DNA of 64,000 nucleotides from a virus. Taxonomy: Duplodnaviria; Caudoviricetes. The notes beneath the pieces are model-generated. The model ran no database searches and was not told the origin of the DNA. It saw only the letters and a list, made by a program, of their open reading frames with translations. Numbering within the stretch: the stretch's first letter is position 1; each line of letters opens with the position of its first letter. A program made the position numbers and the translations under genes. This document shows positions 18,727-29,064 of the stretch, piece after piece. The stretch spans positions 224,001 to 288,000 of IMG/VR virus record IMGVR_UViG_3300037067_012889; one strand, 5' to 3'.

Positions 18727-19760
18727 TAATTCCCTCGTAAATGCTTAATAAGATTCAACAACCATTCAGAATCGTATTGATTAGGTCTCTGCGATAACCT
18801 TGTTGCTATCCTACATAACGATCCAAGATCAGTCATGCCATTTAATGCATCCTTGCATTCAGATAATAATTTTCCATTATTATTGCACAAAAATTCGATA
18901 GCTTCTCGAAATTGCTCTGGGTGTGCCTTATTATGCTTAATCTGCTTCTGAAGCGAACGTCTACCACGTGATGTGGTAGTTGGATCATTGTGGTCTGCTG
19001 GCTCGTGATCTGTCTTATCATCTACTTTTCTACCAGGACTTGAAATTCGTGGTTCTACTTTCTTTGGTCGTAATTGCCGCTGAACACGCTTATTGATACT
19101 GGTTGGACTGGTTTCAGCGATAAATCGATTGAAATCATCAGCAGTTATAGTTTTCTCATCGATCATTCGAAGTATGTTCTTGACTGATTCACTAACAGGT
19201 GCCGGGGACCACCAGCCACCACCACGTTGTTCAAGTTCTCTTTCAGTCAGAGAAAATTCATTCGCGCCTTCCCAGGCAGTCATTGCGGCCTTCAATAGGT
19301 ATTCATCCCCAACAACTCTATTCAGTGTCTCATCTTGTTGCCAGTTAGCACTGTGTGTCTTGCCGTTATAAATAACCAATATTGACCCACTGACATCGTC
19401 CGGATTTTCTGTTATCGACACCCTGATTGGCTTTGTCTCAGTACTTTCACTTACCGATTTCTCGTCTTTCTTAATCTCTTTTCTGACTTCCTTCTCACCC
19501 TCTTTATAATGTTCAGTCTCATCTGGGGCGAGTTCGTGAAGTATTTTTAGAAATTCGCCAGCATGTACACGCTCTTCGTCAGTCACACTAGTCAGTACCT
19601 TTCTCACAAGCTCGTTATCTGTCGCTTCCACAATTTGCATATACATCTGTGCCGCCTCATATTCTGCGGCTATAACAAACCTAATAGCTCGAATAAGTTC
19701 CTCGGCAGTCAATTTCCTACCATTCAAAGGCTCCGAAAATGGCGATGCGAAGTTTGGCAT
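18726..19760 (-). CDS. Ferritin-like (rubrerythrin/encapsulin-cargo type) domain fused to an unknown C-terminal region
   Basis: LIRAIRFVIAAEYEAAQMY...DEERVHAGEF is a di-iron half-site motif. Confidence 0.75.
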   Translation of the reverse strand: MPNFASPFSEPLNGRKLTAEELIRAIRFVIAAEYEAAQMYMQIVEATDNELVRKVLTSVTDEERVHAGEFLKILHELAPDETEHYKEGEKEVRKEIKKDEKSVSESTETKPIRVSITENPDDVSGSILVIYNGKTHSANWQQDETLNRVVGDEYLLKAAMTAWEGANEFSLTERELEQRGGGWWSPAPVSESVKNILRMIDEKTITADDFNRFIAETSPTSINKRVQRQLRPKKVEPRISSPGRKVDDKTDHEPADHNDPTTTSRGRRSLQKQIKHNKAHPEQFREAIEFLCNNNGKLLSECKDALNGMTDLGSLCRIATRLSQRPNQYDSEWLLNLIKHLRGN

Positions 19761-19933
19761 TATTCTTCATCCTGCACTGGAAATGTCTTTGGAAATTTAA
19801 ATGGCTTATATAATCTGTCCTTAAGATGCTCCATATCAGTATCAGTTTTCAAATCGTCTGGACTAAGATCTGGGTCGATATCAGGGCCTTGCTGGATATT
19901 TGAAGGCCGCTTTGGAAAGAAATAATCATCCAC
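19760..19933 (-). CDS. 57-aa hypothetical protein
   Basis: Below track cutoff. GTG start overlaps the upstream TAG and its TAA overlaps the downstream ATG, filling the gap exactly. Confidence 0.55.
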   Translation of the reverse strand: MDDYFFPKRPSNIQQGPDIDPDLSPDDLKTDTDMEHLKDRLYKPFKFPKTFPVQDEE

Positions 19934-20967
19934 TACTCTTCATCCTGACAAAGGAATTGTTTCCTCAGTTGTTTGTCATGTTCACCTTCATGACTTAATG
20001 GCGAATCTGTAAATTCATGACTCCGCAACCTTAATAATTTGATAAAACTATTGACCTGCACGCGTGACAACCCAGAATGCTCAACCAATTTACCAATTAA
20101 TCCATCATATGGTTTGTCGTCTTTCTTAATTATGTGATATAATGCCCGCACACATCTCATATGATCCGCATTATATTTGCAGATTTGAGACGCCTCTATA
20201 AAAAATCTCTTTAGACGGTCTTCGTCTACCCTGTTTGTATTACACAAATGGTCTTTATATGCCGACGCGTTTTTCCTATCGCGTCCTTCCTTTTTTACAA
20301 ATGCTAAAATCACGGTGCGGCTGACCTGCGACCACATATTAAAGACTTTAGAATTACCTCTAAATAAAATCGTCTTGGAACCGCCGAACGTGCCTTGTTT
20401 TGGTTCTACATCTGGATGGCTGCTAAGAGCAGCACCACAATATGGACATCTGGGAGGATTCTTCCTATCACGATAAATAATAGATTTTTTACTACCCGGA
20501 GGATTATATTTCGGATCAAATAATTGCTCAAACGTTATAATATTATATTCTGATTCTGCTGGGATATATAATGCTGAGCTAATTGGCCTATCGGGATTAT
20601 AGCAAGTTCTACAGTGCGGCTTGGCTCTAAATTTGTACAGTGTCCGTTCAACTTGAACCCATGCCGTTTGGACTAAATCGCCAAAAGCAGATTCCTCCTG
20701 ACCTGGATAGATCATATGCAAATTCTGTTTCCTGATAATCTGTTTTATCAGTTCAGGTGCATGCGTCATTATCGAATCACGAATAGCGACATCTGTACAG
20801 TTGGTCCAGATATATCGACGCAGCTTGTCTTCTACACACTCATTGATGAAATAATGTTTCTTCGACAATAATCCCGGATCATCTGGAAGGACCTCTTCTG
20901 TGTCGTCTTCTGGTATTTCTGATAGCTCTTCTAAATCAGTCGCATCTAAATCGTCTTCAATCAACAT
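19933..20967 (-). CDS. Late-transcription sigma factor, T4 gp55-like, with CxxC..CxxC insertion
   Basis: KHYFIN..., DLVQTAW..LYKF and VFNMWSQVSRTVILAFVKKE resemble gp55 'HYVNN..DM..G.E.C..F..FAYFTQI..AF.R.I.KE'; GGAGG SD. Confidence 0.65.
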   Translation of the reverse strand: MLIEDDLDATDLEELSEIPEDDTEEVLPDDPGLLSKKHYFINECVEDKLRRYIWTNCTDVAIRDSIMTHAPELIKQIIRKQNLHMIYPGQEESAFGDLVQTAWVQVERTLYKFRAKPHCRTCYNPDRPISSALYIPAESEYNIITFEQLFDPKYNPPGSKKSIIYRDRKNPPRCPYCGAALSSHPDVEPKQGTFGGSKTILFRGNSKVFNMWSQVSRTVILAFVKKEGRDRKNASAYKDHLCNTNRVDEDRLKRFFIEASQICKYNADHMRCVRALYHIIKKDDKPYDGLIGKLVEHSGLSRVQVNSFIKLLRLRSHEFTDSPLSHEGEHDKQLRKQFLCQDEE

Positions 20968-21033
20968 AGCTTATCCTCCGAAATTATTTACTCATAGAGG
21001 TATAGTATTTTATTGGTATTTGACTAGACACAA

Positions 21034-22671
21034 TTGAAAGTAATTATGATCGCTAAGATATTAACAAATAAAACTATCCAATTAACCAATATAACAGCAT
21101 GGGAAGAGGAGATAGTAGACAAGCGATTTAGTGCGATGCAGCCGAATGCACGCTTCATCGATTTATCTGGCGGCTCAAGCTGGGATGGTATCTATCGCAA
21201 ATACAACAGAGGCGATAAGACAATAGCTAGACCTTTTCTTGGTGAGCTTCGCGCATTATGCAAAGACAAGGACTTAGTCTTGGTAGTTGAGGACAAAAGA
21301 AAAAGGTCAAAATATAAGCCAATAGATAAATCTTTAATCACCGAAGATTTCTTGCCCGGTATTAAATTAAAACCATTCCAGATCGACGCTATCAAGACGA
21401 TATATAATGCAGAAGTAGGAATTATTAATGTTTCGATGGGTGGTGGCAAAGGCGAATTAATTGCCGGTATGTGCAAAGCACTGCCATGCCCGACAGCCAT
21501 CATCGCAGAACAAATACAAGTCATAGATCAGCTAAAGTCGCGGCTGAAATTGCGCGACGTCTGTAGCGAACCTGGATTATTCTACGCTGGCAAAATGCCA
21601 GCTGGTGAATTAATTATTATTGGCTCAATACAATCGCTTGTCAAGCCAAAGAAACGTCCAGAAAAGCCATTATTAGAGAATTTCAAAAACAGCAAATCTG
21701 GAACTGCTGAAAAGAAATTCGAACACGCACTGGCCAACTATGAAATAAAAATCAAGGCATTCCGAAGTAGGACAAAGAAGGCCGAAGCATTACATAAACT
21801 AATTGGCGCATGTGAAATGATTATCGTCGATGAAGCAGATCTTGCAACATCAACAACATATAAGCACCTATTTAGGTACTGGTTCAAAGGCCGAAGACGT
21901 TATGGGATGACTGGTACTCCATATGATGAAGACAAGCCAGTTGAAAAACTCGTCCTACAAGAACACTTTGGATCTGTAATCTATACACAAAACAGAGAAG
22001 ATGTAGAAAAGGTCGGATTAACAGTACCAGTATCATATTATGCATTAGCATATGGAGAGGATGGTCATAAAGATGAAGCCTCTGCTTTTGATATAGCCAT
22101 CGATGAAATGATGGTACATAGCGAGAAATTTCACAAATTCATCGCAGCGTTATGTAAACGATTCACAGACGAGGGAACACTAATTCTGGTCGAGCGAGAT
22201 GATCTAGGATATGCATTACAAAAGCTTATACCAGATTCCGATTTTATTCACGGCAAGACAACACGGAAGAGAAGACCAGAAATCTTGAAGGCTTTCGAAG
22301 ATCGAAAGCTAAAGGTCTTGATAGGTGGGAAAAACGTCAGGCGTGGCATGGATTTGAAGGGCGGTTGTGAGAATTTAATACTGGCTACTGGTGGCAAACT
22401 TAGTTCAGAGTTTAAGCAGCGAGTAGGTCGCGCCGCCAGATTAAATCAGAAAGGTAGTGCAAGGGTATTCGATATTTATTTTCTATGCAACAAATATCTT
22501 TACGCACACTCGCGCAAGCGAGTCAAGGCAGCAGTAGCAGCTGGCTATGTTTCGAAGGTCATATTTAAAGATGGTAGTGTGGATGGTGAGAAATTCGTGA
22601 AATCTAGATTTCGCAAGCCAAAGCCTAAACTAAAGACGAAAGATTTGCCTGGACAAAAGAAGTTATTCTAA
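21034..22671 (+). CDS. SF2 DNA helicase, UvsW-like
   Basis: LKPFQ, MGGGKG, IIVDEAD, GMTGTP, QRVGRAAR. Confidence 0.85.
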   Translation: MKVIMIAKILTNKTIQLTNITAWEEEIVDKRFSAMQPNARFIDLSGGSSWDGIYRKYNRGDKTIARPFLGELRALCKDKDLVLVVEDKRKRSKYKPIDKSLITEDFLPGIKLKPFQIDAIKTIYNAEVGIINVSMGGGKGELIAGMCKALPCPTAIIAEQIQVIDQLKSRLKLRDVCSEPGLFYAGKMPAGELIIIGSIQSLVKPKKRPEKPLLENFKNSKSGTAEKKFEHALANYEIKIKAFRSRTKKAEALHKLIGACEMIIVDEADLATSTTYKHLFRYWFKGRRRYGMTGTPYDEDKPVEKLVLQEHFGSVIYTQNREDVEKVGLTVPVSYYALAYGEDGHKDEASAFDIAIDEMMVHSEKFHKFIAALCKRFTDEGTLILVERDDLGYALQKLIPDSDFIHGKTTRKRRPEILKAFEDRKLKVLIGGKNVRRGMDLKGGCENLILATGGKLSSEFKQRVGRAARLNQKGSARVFDIYFLCNKYLYAHSRKRVKAAVAAGYVSKVIFKDGSVDGEKFVKSRFRKPKPKLKTKDLPGQKKLF

Positions 22672-24230
22672 TGACTAGAAAGCAGATCTTAAATTCATTA
22701 CAATACTTAGACAATATCGATTGGCTTGAAACCAAGAAAAGATTTGGCTATGTAGAGTCGACAAAACTATCCAATAAGCGTGTTGTTTATAAATGTCCGT
22801 CTTGCAGTAGATTATTCGAAATAACCTATAAAGAAATCAAACGCAAGAGCCAGCCAGGATGCAAAGAATGCGCATTAGCTGCAGTAAGACAGCAAATTAA
22901 CGAATCTATCAAAGCCAATTATATTGAACATCCAGAGCTAATACAACAGATAGCCACACGTGCTAAAAGAGATTGGGATGGTGTAAAAACAAAAGTCGCG
23001 GAAGGCGTGAAGCGTATTTGGCAAAGACCAGATTTTGTTGAAAAGAAGAGACAAGAGTGTATATCTAGAAATAAGATAATCTGGTCAGAAGAAAACAGAG
23101 CAACGACAATTCAAAAAATACGCGACGCCTTTACACCAGAGCAACTGTTAAAATCATCTGATAATTCTCTTGCTAATTGGCGCGATCCATCTTACGCTCA
23201 AAAAATCGCTGATTATTGGGATGACTCTAATCGTCAAAAAACGTCGCAAGCATCTAAGAAGATGTGGATGCGTGCCGGACATAGAGACAAAATGGCAGTC
23301 ATTCGCATCACCCAGCCTCGCACATCTTCTATTCAAGAAATATTATATTCTATTTTAGACGATCTGGGTATCCAATACTACAGAGAATACAGCAATAAGC
23401 CAGCAGACAAAGAGTGTCTTGTAGGACCATACACATTTGATTGTGTTATTCCTAGAGGAAATAAGACAACATTATTAATAGAATGCCAGGGAAACTATTG
23501 GCATTCTATTAGCGGAAGGTGCGTACGTGATGAGCAGAAAGCTTCATACATATCAAATAACTTATCCGCACAATATGAATTAAAGTGCTTATGGGAACAC
23601 GAGTTTTCATGCAAAGACAAGATAATCGAGACTCTGAAATATTGGCTCGGAATATCTGCTATAGAGCAAATTGATTTCAACTTCAACGACATATCGATTA
23701 AGCTCGCTCCGCCCGCAGACTATAAGCCTTTACTTGGAAAATATCATTACCTTCCAAACGCAGGTCGTGGTGGCATTGCTTATGGTGCTTATCTTAAAAA
23801 TGAGCTTATTGCGGTTTGTGTGTTTTCACCATTAATCAGACAAAATATTTCAATCCAAGATTATGCAAAAAACGAAGTAAGAGAATTGTCGCGCCTCTGT
23901 CTCCATCCAAAATATCGCAAAAAGAATTTTTTATCGTGGTTTGTTTCATCTTGTTTGAGATTACTGGATAAGAAATATCGATGCATTATTTCTTATTGCG
24001 ACACGACATATAACCACACTGGCGCAATCTATAAGGCGTGCAACTTCATATTAGATAGTGAGGTGCCGCCAGATTATTGGTATGTCTCAACTGATGGATG
24101 GATTATGCATAAGAGAACATTATATGGGCACGCGATAAAGATGTCTATGACTGAATCTCAATATGCAGAACTAAACAACTATCACAGAGTATATGGTGAG
24201 AAGAAATTAAGATTCATATATAGTCGCTAA
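22671..24230 (+). CDS. Zn-ribbon/helical repeats + Vsr/DUF559 endonuclease + Mom-like GNAT fusion (copy 2)
   Basis: YTFDC..LLIECQGNYWH..WEHEF; YHY..CVFSP..ELSRLCLHP..KNFLSWF..SYCDTTYNHTGAIYKACNF; TAATG coupling to the helicase. Confidence 0.75.
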   Translation: MTRKQILNSLQYLDNIDWLETKKRFGYVESTKLSNKRVVYKCPSCSRLFEITYKEIKRKSQPGCKECALAAVRQQINESIKANYIEHPELIQQIATRAKRDWDGVKTKVAEGVKRIWQRPDFVEKKRQECISRNKIIWSEENRATTIQKIRDAFTPEQLLKSSDNSLANWRDPSYAQKIADYWDDSNRQKTSQASKKMWMRAGHRDKMAVIRITQPRTSSIQEILYSILDDLGIQYYREYSNKPADKECLVGPYTFDCVIPRGNKTTLLIECQGNYWHSISGRCVRDEQKASYISNNLSAQYELKCLWEHEFSCKDKIIETLKYWLGISAIEQIDFNFNDISIKLAPPADYKPLLGKYHYLPNAGRGGIAYGAYLKNELIAVCVFSPLIRQNISIQDYAKNEVRELSRLCLHPKYRKKNFLSWFVSSCLRLLDKKYRCIISYCDTTYNHTGAIYKACNFILDSEVPPDYWYVSTDGWIMHKRTLYGHAIKMSMTESQYAELNNYHRVYGEKKLRFIYSR

Positions 24231-24315
24231 AAGACAATTCTAAATTAAGAAATGTAATGGCTCGCGCTATAAAAGATTGATAGGCTGGCGACTTTATTAC
24301 TTTGGAGGGATATAG

Positions 24316-24534
24316 ATGTTAGTTAAGACACTGCAAGACGAGAACAATCTAAAGACGATGGATGATGTTATGGCGTTCTGCATTAAACGAGGTGCCACAG
24401 AAATCATTTTTGAAAAGCGTGATGGTGAGTGGCGTATCGATGTCAACTATTGCCCTAATCCGAACGCCACACACCAAAAATATTATGATGTCGATTTGCG
24501 TCCCCGATGTGCTAAGAATCAGAATAATGGATAG
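24316..24534 (+). CDS. Hypothetical protein
   Basis: GGAGG SD; 72 aa. Confidence 0.55.
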   Translation: MLVKTLQDENNLKTMDDVMAFCIKRGATEIIFEKRDGEWRIDVNYCPNPNATHQKYYDVDLRPRCAKNQNNG

Positions 24535-24727
24535 CTCGTCTAGGTTTCGGCGGTACATACAGTTTTAAACAAGCTACATTGTAGTTTTCTGTATGTTTTC
24601 CATCTGTATCGCTATATATGCATGTAGCTGTTTCGCCATCTTCAGTAAAACTTTCTATCATCATTCTGCGGCTGCCAGATTTAAGAACAACAACATCACC
24701 GACCTCTAATTTTCTTTCTTCAGACAT
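24512..24727 (-). CDS. DUF2158/YodC-like small protein
   Basis: LEVGDVVVLKSGS..M.IE motif. Confidence 0.7.
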   Translation of the reverse strand: MSEERKLEVGDVVVLKSGSRRMMIESFTEDGETATCIYSDTDGKHTENYNVACLKLYVPPKPRRAIHYSDS

Positions 24728-24751
24728 TTCAATTTCTCACTTTCTCGTCAT

Positions 24752-27700
24752 CTAGATCTGGCAAGTATCTCCATCACAAAACTTCGTACCGATAGCATCG
24801 TCCATTAAGTCTTTATCGAAGTTAAGAGGTTTCAACTTCGCATTATATGCAGCAACTTCCTCTGGCGTAGCTGGCTGATATGGCTGCTGCGGGTATCCGT
24901 TATTTTCTATCGGCAAGAAGCTAACACCCTTCAATTCATCGTCAAATGATTCGAGAACAAACGGAATATCTTTTGCTTCTTCCGGTTTGAATTGAATCGT
25001 GCAAGACACTTGATTATCGGCCCAATATCTCTGATAATCAACGGCATTCTTTGTTTGCTGCCAAATCGAAATTTCAGATACTGATGGAACATCTGGCTCT
25101 GATACACCAAAACGAACAACACTAGTCTTGTCGTCAGTAACCGCTTTCTCTACGTGATATCCGGCCTCAAGCAATGATTTAATTAAGGTGCTATCACTCG
25201 CAACACGAACATTTCGCCAATATGATCTAGTTGGTGCGATAGTGAAATGTATACCGGCAGTAGCGCCAGCCAATAATGACACAGATCCACTCGGTTTAAC
25301 ACTAGTACATTTCAGAGATTTACTCACGCACAGCCACTCAGAATAAATCTCATCCCAATGCCGAACAACTTCGTAGCCCTTATTGCAGAAATCTTCTAAA
25401 ACCTGCCGACGACCAAACTTGGCGAATGCTTGGATGATACCACTTTGCGACAGCCCGATGCGCCGATTACGCAAAAGAACAGAGTTTGTCTTTTTGCAAT
25501 GCGTAGGTAGAAGCGTTACCGTTTTGGCATAAAGATAAGCAAACTTCAAAGTGCGATGATAATCAGCAGCATCTTCGTGGTGTGCTGGAAACGTTTCACA
25601 TAAGCAGCAAAGTTCAGCATCTTCTAACGATTGCTCGCCGCAATTACCTACTTCACAACCTTCAACAACAATTCTGTGTTCAGACGGCTCTGTCAGGCAA
25701 TATGTATCACCTTTTCCGATTGGTTCGACAGATACAACATGAGTATATCTGCCCGTATTCGAATTGTTCGAGCCGCGATGCTCTGAGAGCCATTTGCGTG
25801 CTTCAAGCATCTTTTCTGGTTGAATAAATCCGATCTGATCAAGAAATGCTTCTACTTGCTTACGACCAGAGATAATTAACTCCCAACCAGTCTTACAGTC
25901 ATAAAGTTTCTTACCGCCCTTACCATCATTCATCAATTGTTTATGTGTTTCTCTGCGGAATTTAACAGAACTAGCAATACCAAATTGCGAGAGCAATAAC
26001 CGGCAATCAAGCAGCAACTCTCTATTAGCTTGCCAAATTCTGGCAGATATTGTACCATTATCTGTTATATGTATATATCCGTCAGCAGATGCAAAACCAC
26101 GTAAAAACGCAGCAACTGTTTCACGAGTACCACACCAGACTGAATTTGGTACAACATGCTTAGCACCAGAATCAACACCATCGGACCTCAACATGCGGCC
26201 AAGAACGTTCGATCCGATCGTCATTTCATCGTGCTCGAAATATTCTTGCTCACGATGCCATCCAGCATAAGCAGGTGTCTGGTTCGACGACATGTTATGA
26301 GCGGCATATAATTCGAACATCAGACCTCGCAGTTTCGGTAATACTACATCAATATCACTCTCATAGCATGTGCACTGCGCTCGAATTTGACCATCTTTCT
26401 TTGGCGATAGCGAACCATCACCAATAGTCCAACCAGCTAATTCAGCATATGCTGGGTCGTGATATGTACCAAAATGCACAGCGTGATTAAGAGGTATCAT
26501 ATCTCCGATTTTCAGATCACGTAAGAAGGTCCGTTGCTCATCATAATGAACCTTCTTTTGCACACGTTGTCTTGTCAGAGTAATAAATTCGTGTGTAGCA
26601 GTTGCATCGATACTTGATCCATCACTGAATCTGACACGGAAGAGATCGACACCCATACCAGTTCGATATACGTTAGTAGCTGGTACCAGACCGTTCTTAT
26701 TGACAATACGCATTTCTCCATAAATCGAAAGTGGGTCGTTACCAAGACTATGGTATTCATGCTGTCCCGTTGCCATCCATATGTCTTCCAACCTTGCATA
26801 CCCATCGGCTGTTAACAACCGCGTATCGCCAGTAAAGCATGGGTTTGTACCAATAGCTCGCTTGTCGATTCCTTCTTGACGGCCATCAATTGCACGTCCA
26901 TAATTCTGCACATTATCGAGCCATAAACATCCAGGCTCTCCGTTACCAGCAATCTGTTCAGCAACGCGGCGATAATCCATACCAACTTTAGCAAATATTG
27001 AATTATTAGATGCCCAGCGATGAGAATTAAGCTGCTCACTGAACAGCGTTTTATCCTTCATCTGCATGTAATCCCAATCGGCCGGATCACCCAATGCAAT
27101 TTCGCTGCTGCGACGAACGTTACCAGCAACAACACATCTGCCTATAAAGTTCATGAAATCGACGATATCAACACTGGTAATAAGCCGACTTTTGCGTCTT
27201 AATATATTATGAAATTGCTTCGTAACCATTCTATGTAAATCTTTTAAAGTATCCGGACCACTGGCTTTCCCTCCGAATCCTTTAATCTCAGAACCTGCTG
27301 GACGTATCAATGAATAATCAAATCGTACTATCCCAAGCTCCGGCCTAACAGTGAATGATTCAATTAATGCTCGTAGCGAATCAACCCAACCTTCTCGCGA
27401 ATCTTCAATGACCCATTCAGTCTCAAGATCATGCGGCTTAACAGCAGTTACCTTATTTGCACCTCTCGTATCAAATCCGACGCCAACACCGAGCATTGAC
27501 ATATCCATCACGAAACAAAATTGCCATGCCGGATCTTCTGTGATATCCTGGGTACTACAAAAACCACAATTATTTAATGCACTACTACCAACTTTCCACA
27601 TATGTGGTGTGCCCATCACCCACAAACCGCGACCAGGTGGCAAAAATTTGAAGTCCCACATACGTTGGAACATCTCTTGGGCAGATTTCTGTGCCTTAGC

Positions 27701-28087
27701 TCGCGTCCAAGGTAACGCCATACCACCGAACGCAACACCATCTTTCTTCTCTTCACCATCGCTATTCTTCTCCTCGCCGTTCTTTTTCTTCTCGCACCAC
27801 ACCCGTTGTATTTCATAGCAACCTTCTACAACCCGTTGCAGCATATCGACGAATGTTTCTTTTTTACCATCGTCCTTGAGCCGTGAATAAGTGCGATAGA
27901 AGACAAATTCACCAAGTCCATTGTATCCGAATTTCGGCTTCTTGCCAGTGAATTTAGCTATGAACTCTGGGTCGAGTTTGAACGGTGAATTGTCTTTAAC
28001 TGTCTTGCGGCCATTTTTAGAAACCGGATTCCTCATAGCAGTCTTTGGTGTCGGTTTTACTAACGTTTGCACAGCGTCATTCTCCAA
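24752..28087 (-). CDS. nrdJ: Class II (B12-dependent) ribonucleoside-triphosphate reductase containing an intein
   Basis: RTYSR, PPGRGLW, NNC, GVGVGFD, GFGGKASGP, VAGNVRRS, NP|CGEQ, NRRIGLS, TSVKPSGSVS, and C-terminal FCDGDTCQI. Confidence 0.93.
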   Translation of the reverse strand: MENDAVQTLVKPTPKTAMRNPVSKNGRKTVKDNSPFKLDPEFIAKFTGKKPKFGYNGLGEFVFYRTYSRLKDDGKKETFVDMLQRVVEGCYEIQRVWCEKKKNGEEKNSDGEEKKDGVAFGGMALPWTRAKAQKSAQEMFQRMWDFKFLPPGRGLWVMGTPHMWKVGSSALNNCGFCSTQDITEDPAWQFCFVMDMSMLGVGVGFDTRGANKVTAVKPHDLETEWVIEDSREGWVDSLRALIESFTVRPELGIVRFDYSLIRPAGSEIKGFGGKASGPDTLKDLHRMVTKQFHNILRRKSRLITSVDIVDFMNFIGRCVVAGNVRRSSEIALGDPADWDYMQMKDKTLFSEQLNSHRWASNNSIFAKVGMDYRRVAEQIAGNGEPGCLWLDNVQNYGRAIDGRQEGIDKRAIGTNPCFTGDTRLLTADGYARLEDIWMATGQHEYHSLGNDPLSIYGEMRIVNKNGLVPATNVYRTGMGVDLFRVRFSDGSSIDATATHEFITLTRQRVQKKVHYDEQRTFLRDLKIGDMIPLNHAVHFGTYHDPAYAELAGWTIGDGSLSPKKDGQIRAQCTCYESDIDVVLPKLRGLMFELYAAHNMSSNQTPAYAGWHREQEYFEHDEMTIGSNVLGRMLRSDGVDSGAKHVVPNSVWCGTRETVAAFLRGFASADGYIHITDNGTISARIWQANRELLLDCRLLLSQFGIASSVKFRRETHKQLMNDGKGGKKLYDCKTGWELIISGRKQVEAFLDQIGFIQPEKMLEARKWLSEHRGSNNSNTGRYTHVVSVEPIGKGDTYCLTEPSEHRIVVEGCEVGNCGEQSLEDAELCCLCETFPAHHEDAADYHRTLKFAYLYAKTVTLLPTHCKKTNSVLLRNRRIGLSQSGIIQAFAKFGRRQVLEDFCNKGYEVVRHWDEIYSEWLCVSKSLKCTSVKPSGSVSLLAGATAGIHFTIAPTRSYWRNVRVASDSTLIKSLLEAGYHVEKAVTDDKTSVVRFGVSEPDVPSVSEISIWQQTKNAVDYQRYWADNQVSCTIQFKPEEAKDIPFVLESFDDELKGVSFLPIENNGYPQQPYQPATPEEVAAYNAKLKPLNFDKDLMDDAIGTKFCDGDTCQI
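25643..26839 (-). mobile_element. Intein with LAGLIDADG homing endonuclease (399 aa)
   Basis: Begins CFTGDTRLLT, block B ATATHEF, LAGWTIGDG and FLRGFASADG blocks, ends TYCLTEP..HRIVVEGCEVGN before the +1 Cys. Confidence 0.92.
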
Positions 28088-28755
28088 TCATTGCCCAGTA
28101 TGGCCTTTGCTTGCGATGAAAAATCTTCGTCTTTTATCAATTTGATGGCAAGGCAATACAATTCTGAATCAGATGGTAATAAATTACGTTCACTCGGTGC
28201 GACTACAATCAACTTCGACAAAGCCATTACACACGCAGACGACAATGCTATATACGACGTTGTGATATCTCCTGCTTGATACCATTTGACAATATTTCTA
28301 AATGTATCAAATGATTCACGTCCTAGGAGTACACTAACCGTCGATCTATTATTACATCTAGACACGACAAAATCATGTACCACATGAAATCGTTGTATCT
28401 TATTATGTTCATCCGATGAACATGTCTGCATACGATCATAACAAATATCCATCATATTATTCTGAAAAAATACCGACAGACCTTTATGTAGTAATTTCTT
28501 TTCCTTGACATGTTCTACAGCAAATCCAATAAATGCTCTTGCTGTCGATCTATCTAGACCCCATTCATCTATCTTTTGTGCCAGTTTTGTGGCGTAGCGC
28601 CACTGGTATGTTTTCTGAGGACTTGTATTTTTTGGGAATGCTAGTTTTATACCATGTAATGCGAATGCTTCTTGACACCATCTCCATGTACGAGACACAG
28701 TTGTATTTGGTTCTAGTATTTGAGTCATTTTGTCCACCTTGCGATAACACTCCAA
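28060..28755 (-). CDS. Hypothetical protein (weak resemblance to gp59 helicase loader)
   Basis: 231-aa ORF upstream of nrdJ; the gp59 similarity is only an impression. Confidence 0.5.
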   Translation of the reverse strand: MECYRKVDKMTQILEPNTTVSRTWRWCQEAFALHGIKLAFPKNTSPQKTYQWRYATKLAQKIDEWGLDRSTARAFIGFAVEHVKEKKLLHKGLSVFFQNNMMDICYDRMQTCSSDEHNKIQRFHVVHDFVVSRCNNRSTVSVLLGRESFDTFRNIVKWYQAGDITTSYIALSSACVMALSKLIVVAPSERNLLPSDSELYCLAIKLIKDEDFSSQAKAILGNDWRMTLCKR

Positions 28756-28770
28756 TACAAGAAGACACTC

Positions 28771-29064
28771 ATGACAGAATCAGAAAAAACGGGTATCGAG
28801 AAACCACAAGAGATCGTTGCTAATGAAGGCCAACAAAAAGATGCACGAGTAGAGTTTGAACAGCGATTTGACTTTTTTATGACCCAATTCCGCACAGTTT
28901 GTGAAGATGCCGACGCACCACTCGCGATTGCAATTGTTGTAGACGCAAAAAACCCAACAACGCCGTTCGTTTACAGCCATGGCCCTATATACGATCAAGC
29001 ATTGATTTTGACCAAAATCTTACGAGAACTTAAGAATAAGATATTTAAAGAATTATCAGCCTAA
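28771..29064 (+). CDS. Hypothetical protein
   Basis: Probable start ATG 28771 within track ORF 28720..29064. Confidence 0.55.
   Translation: MTESEKTGIEKPQEIVANEGQQKDARVEFEQRFDFFMTQFRTVCEDADAPLAIAIVVDAKNPTTPFVYSHGPIYDQALILTKILRELKNKIFKELSA

Noticed and set aside
19760-19950. Two adjacent genes both end in QDEE*
   Set aside because: Only four residues with no further similarity; cannot be distinguished from chance.
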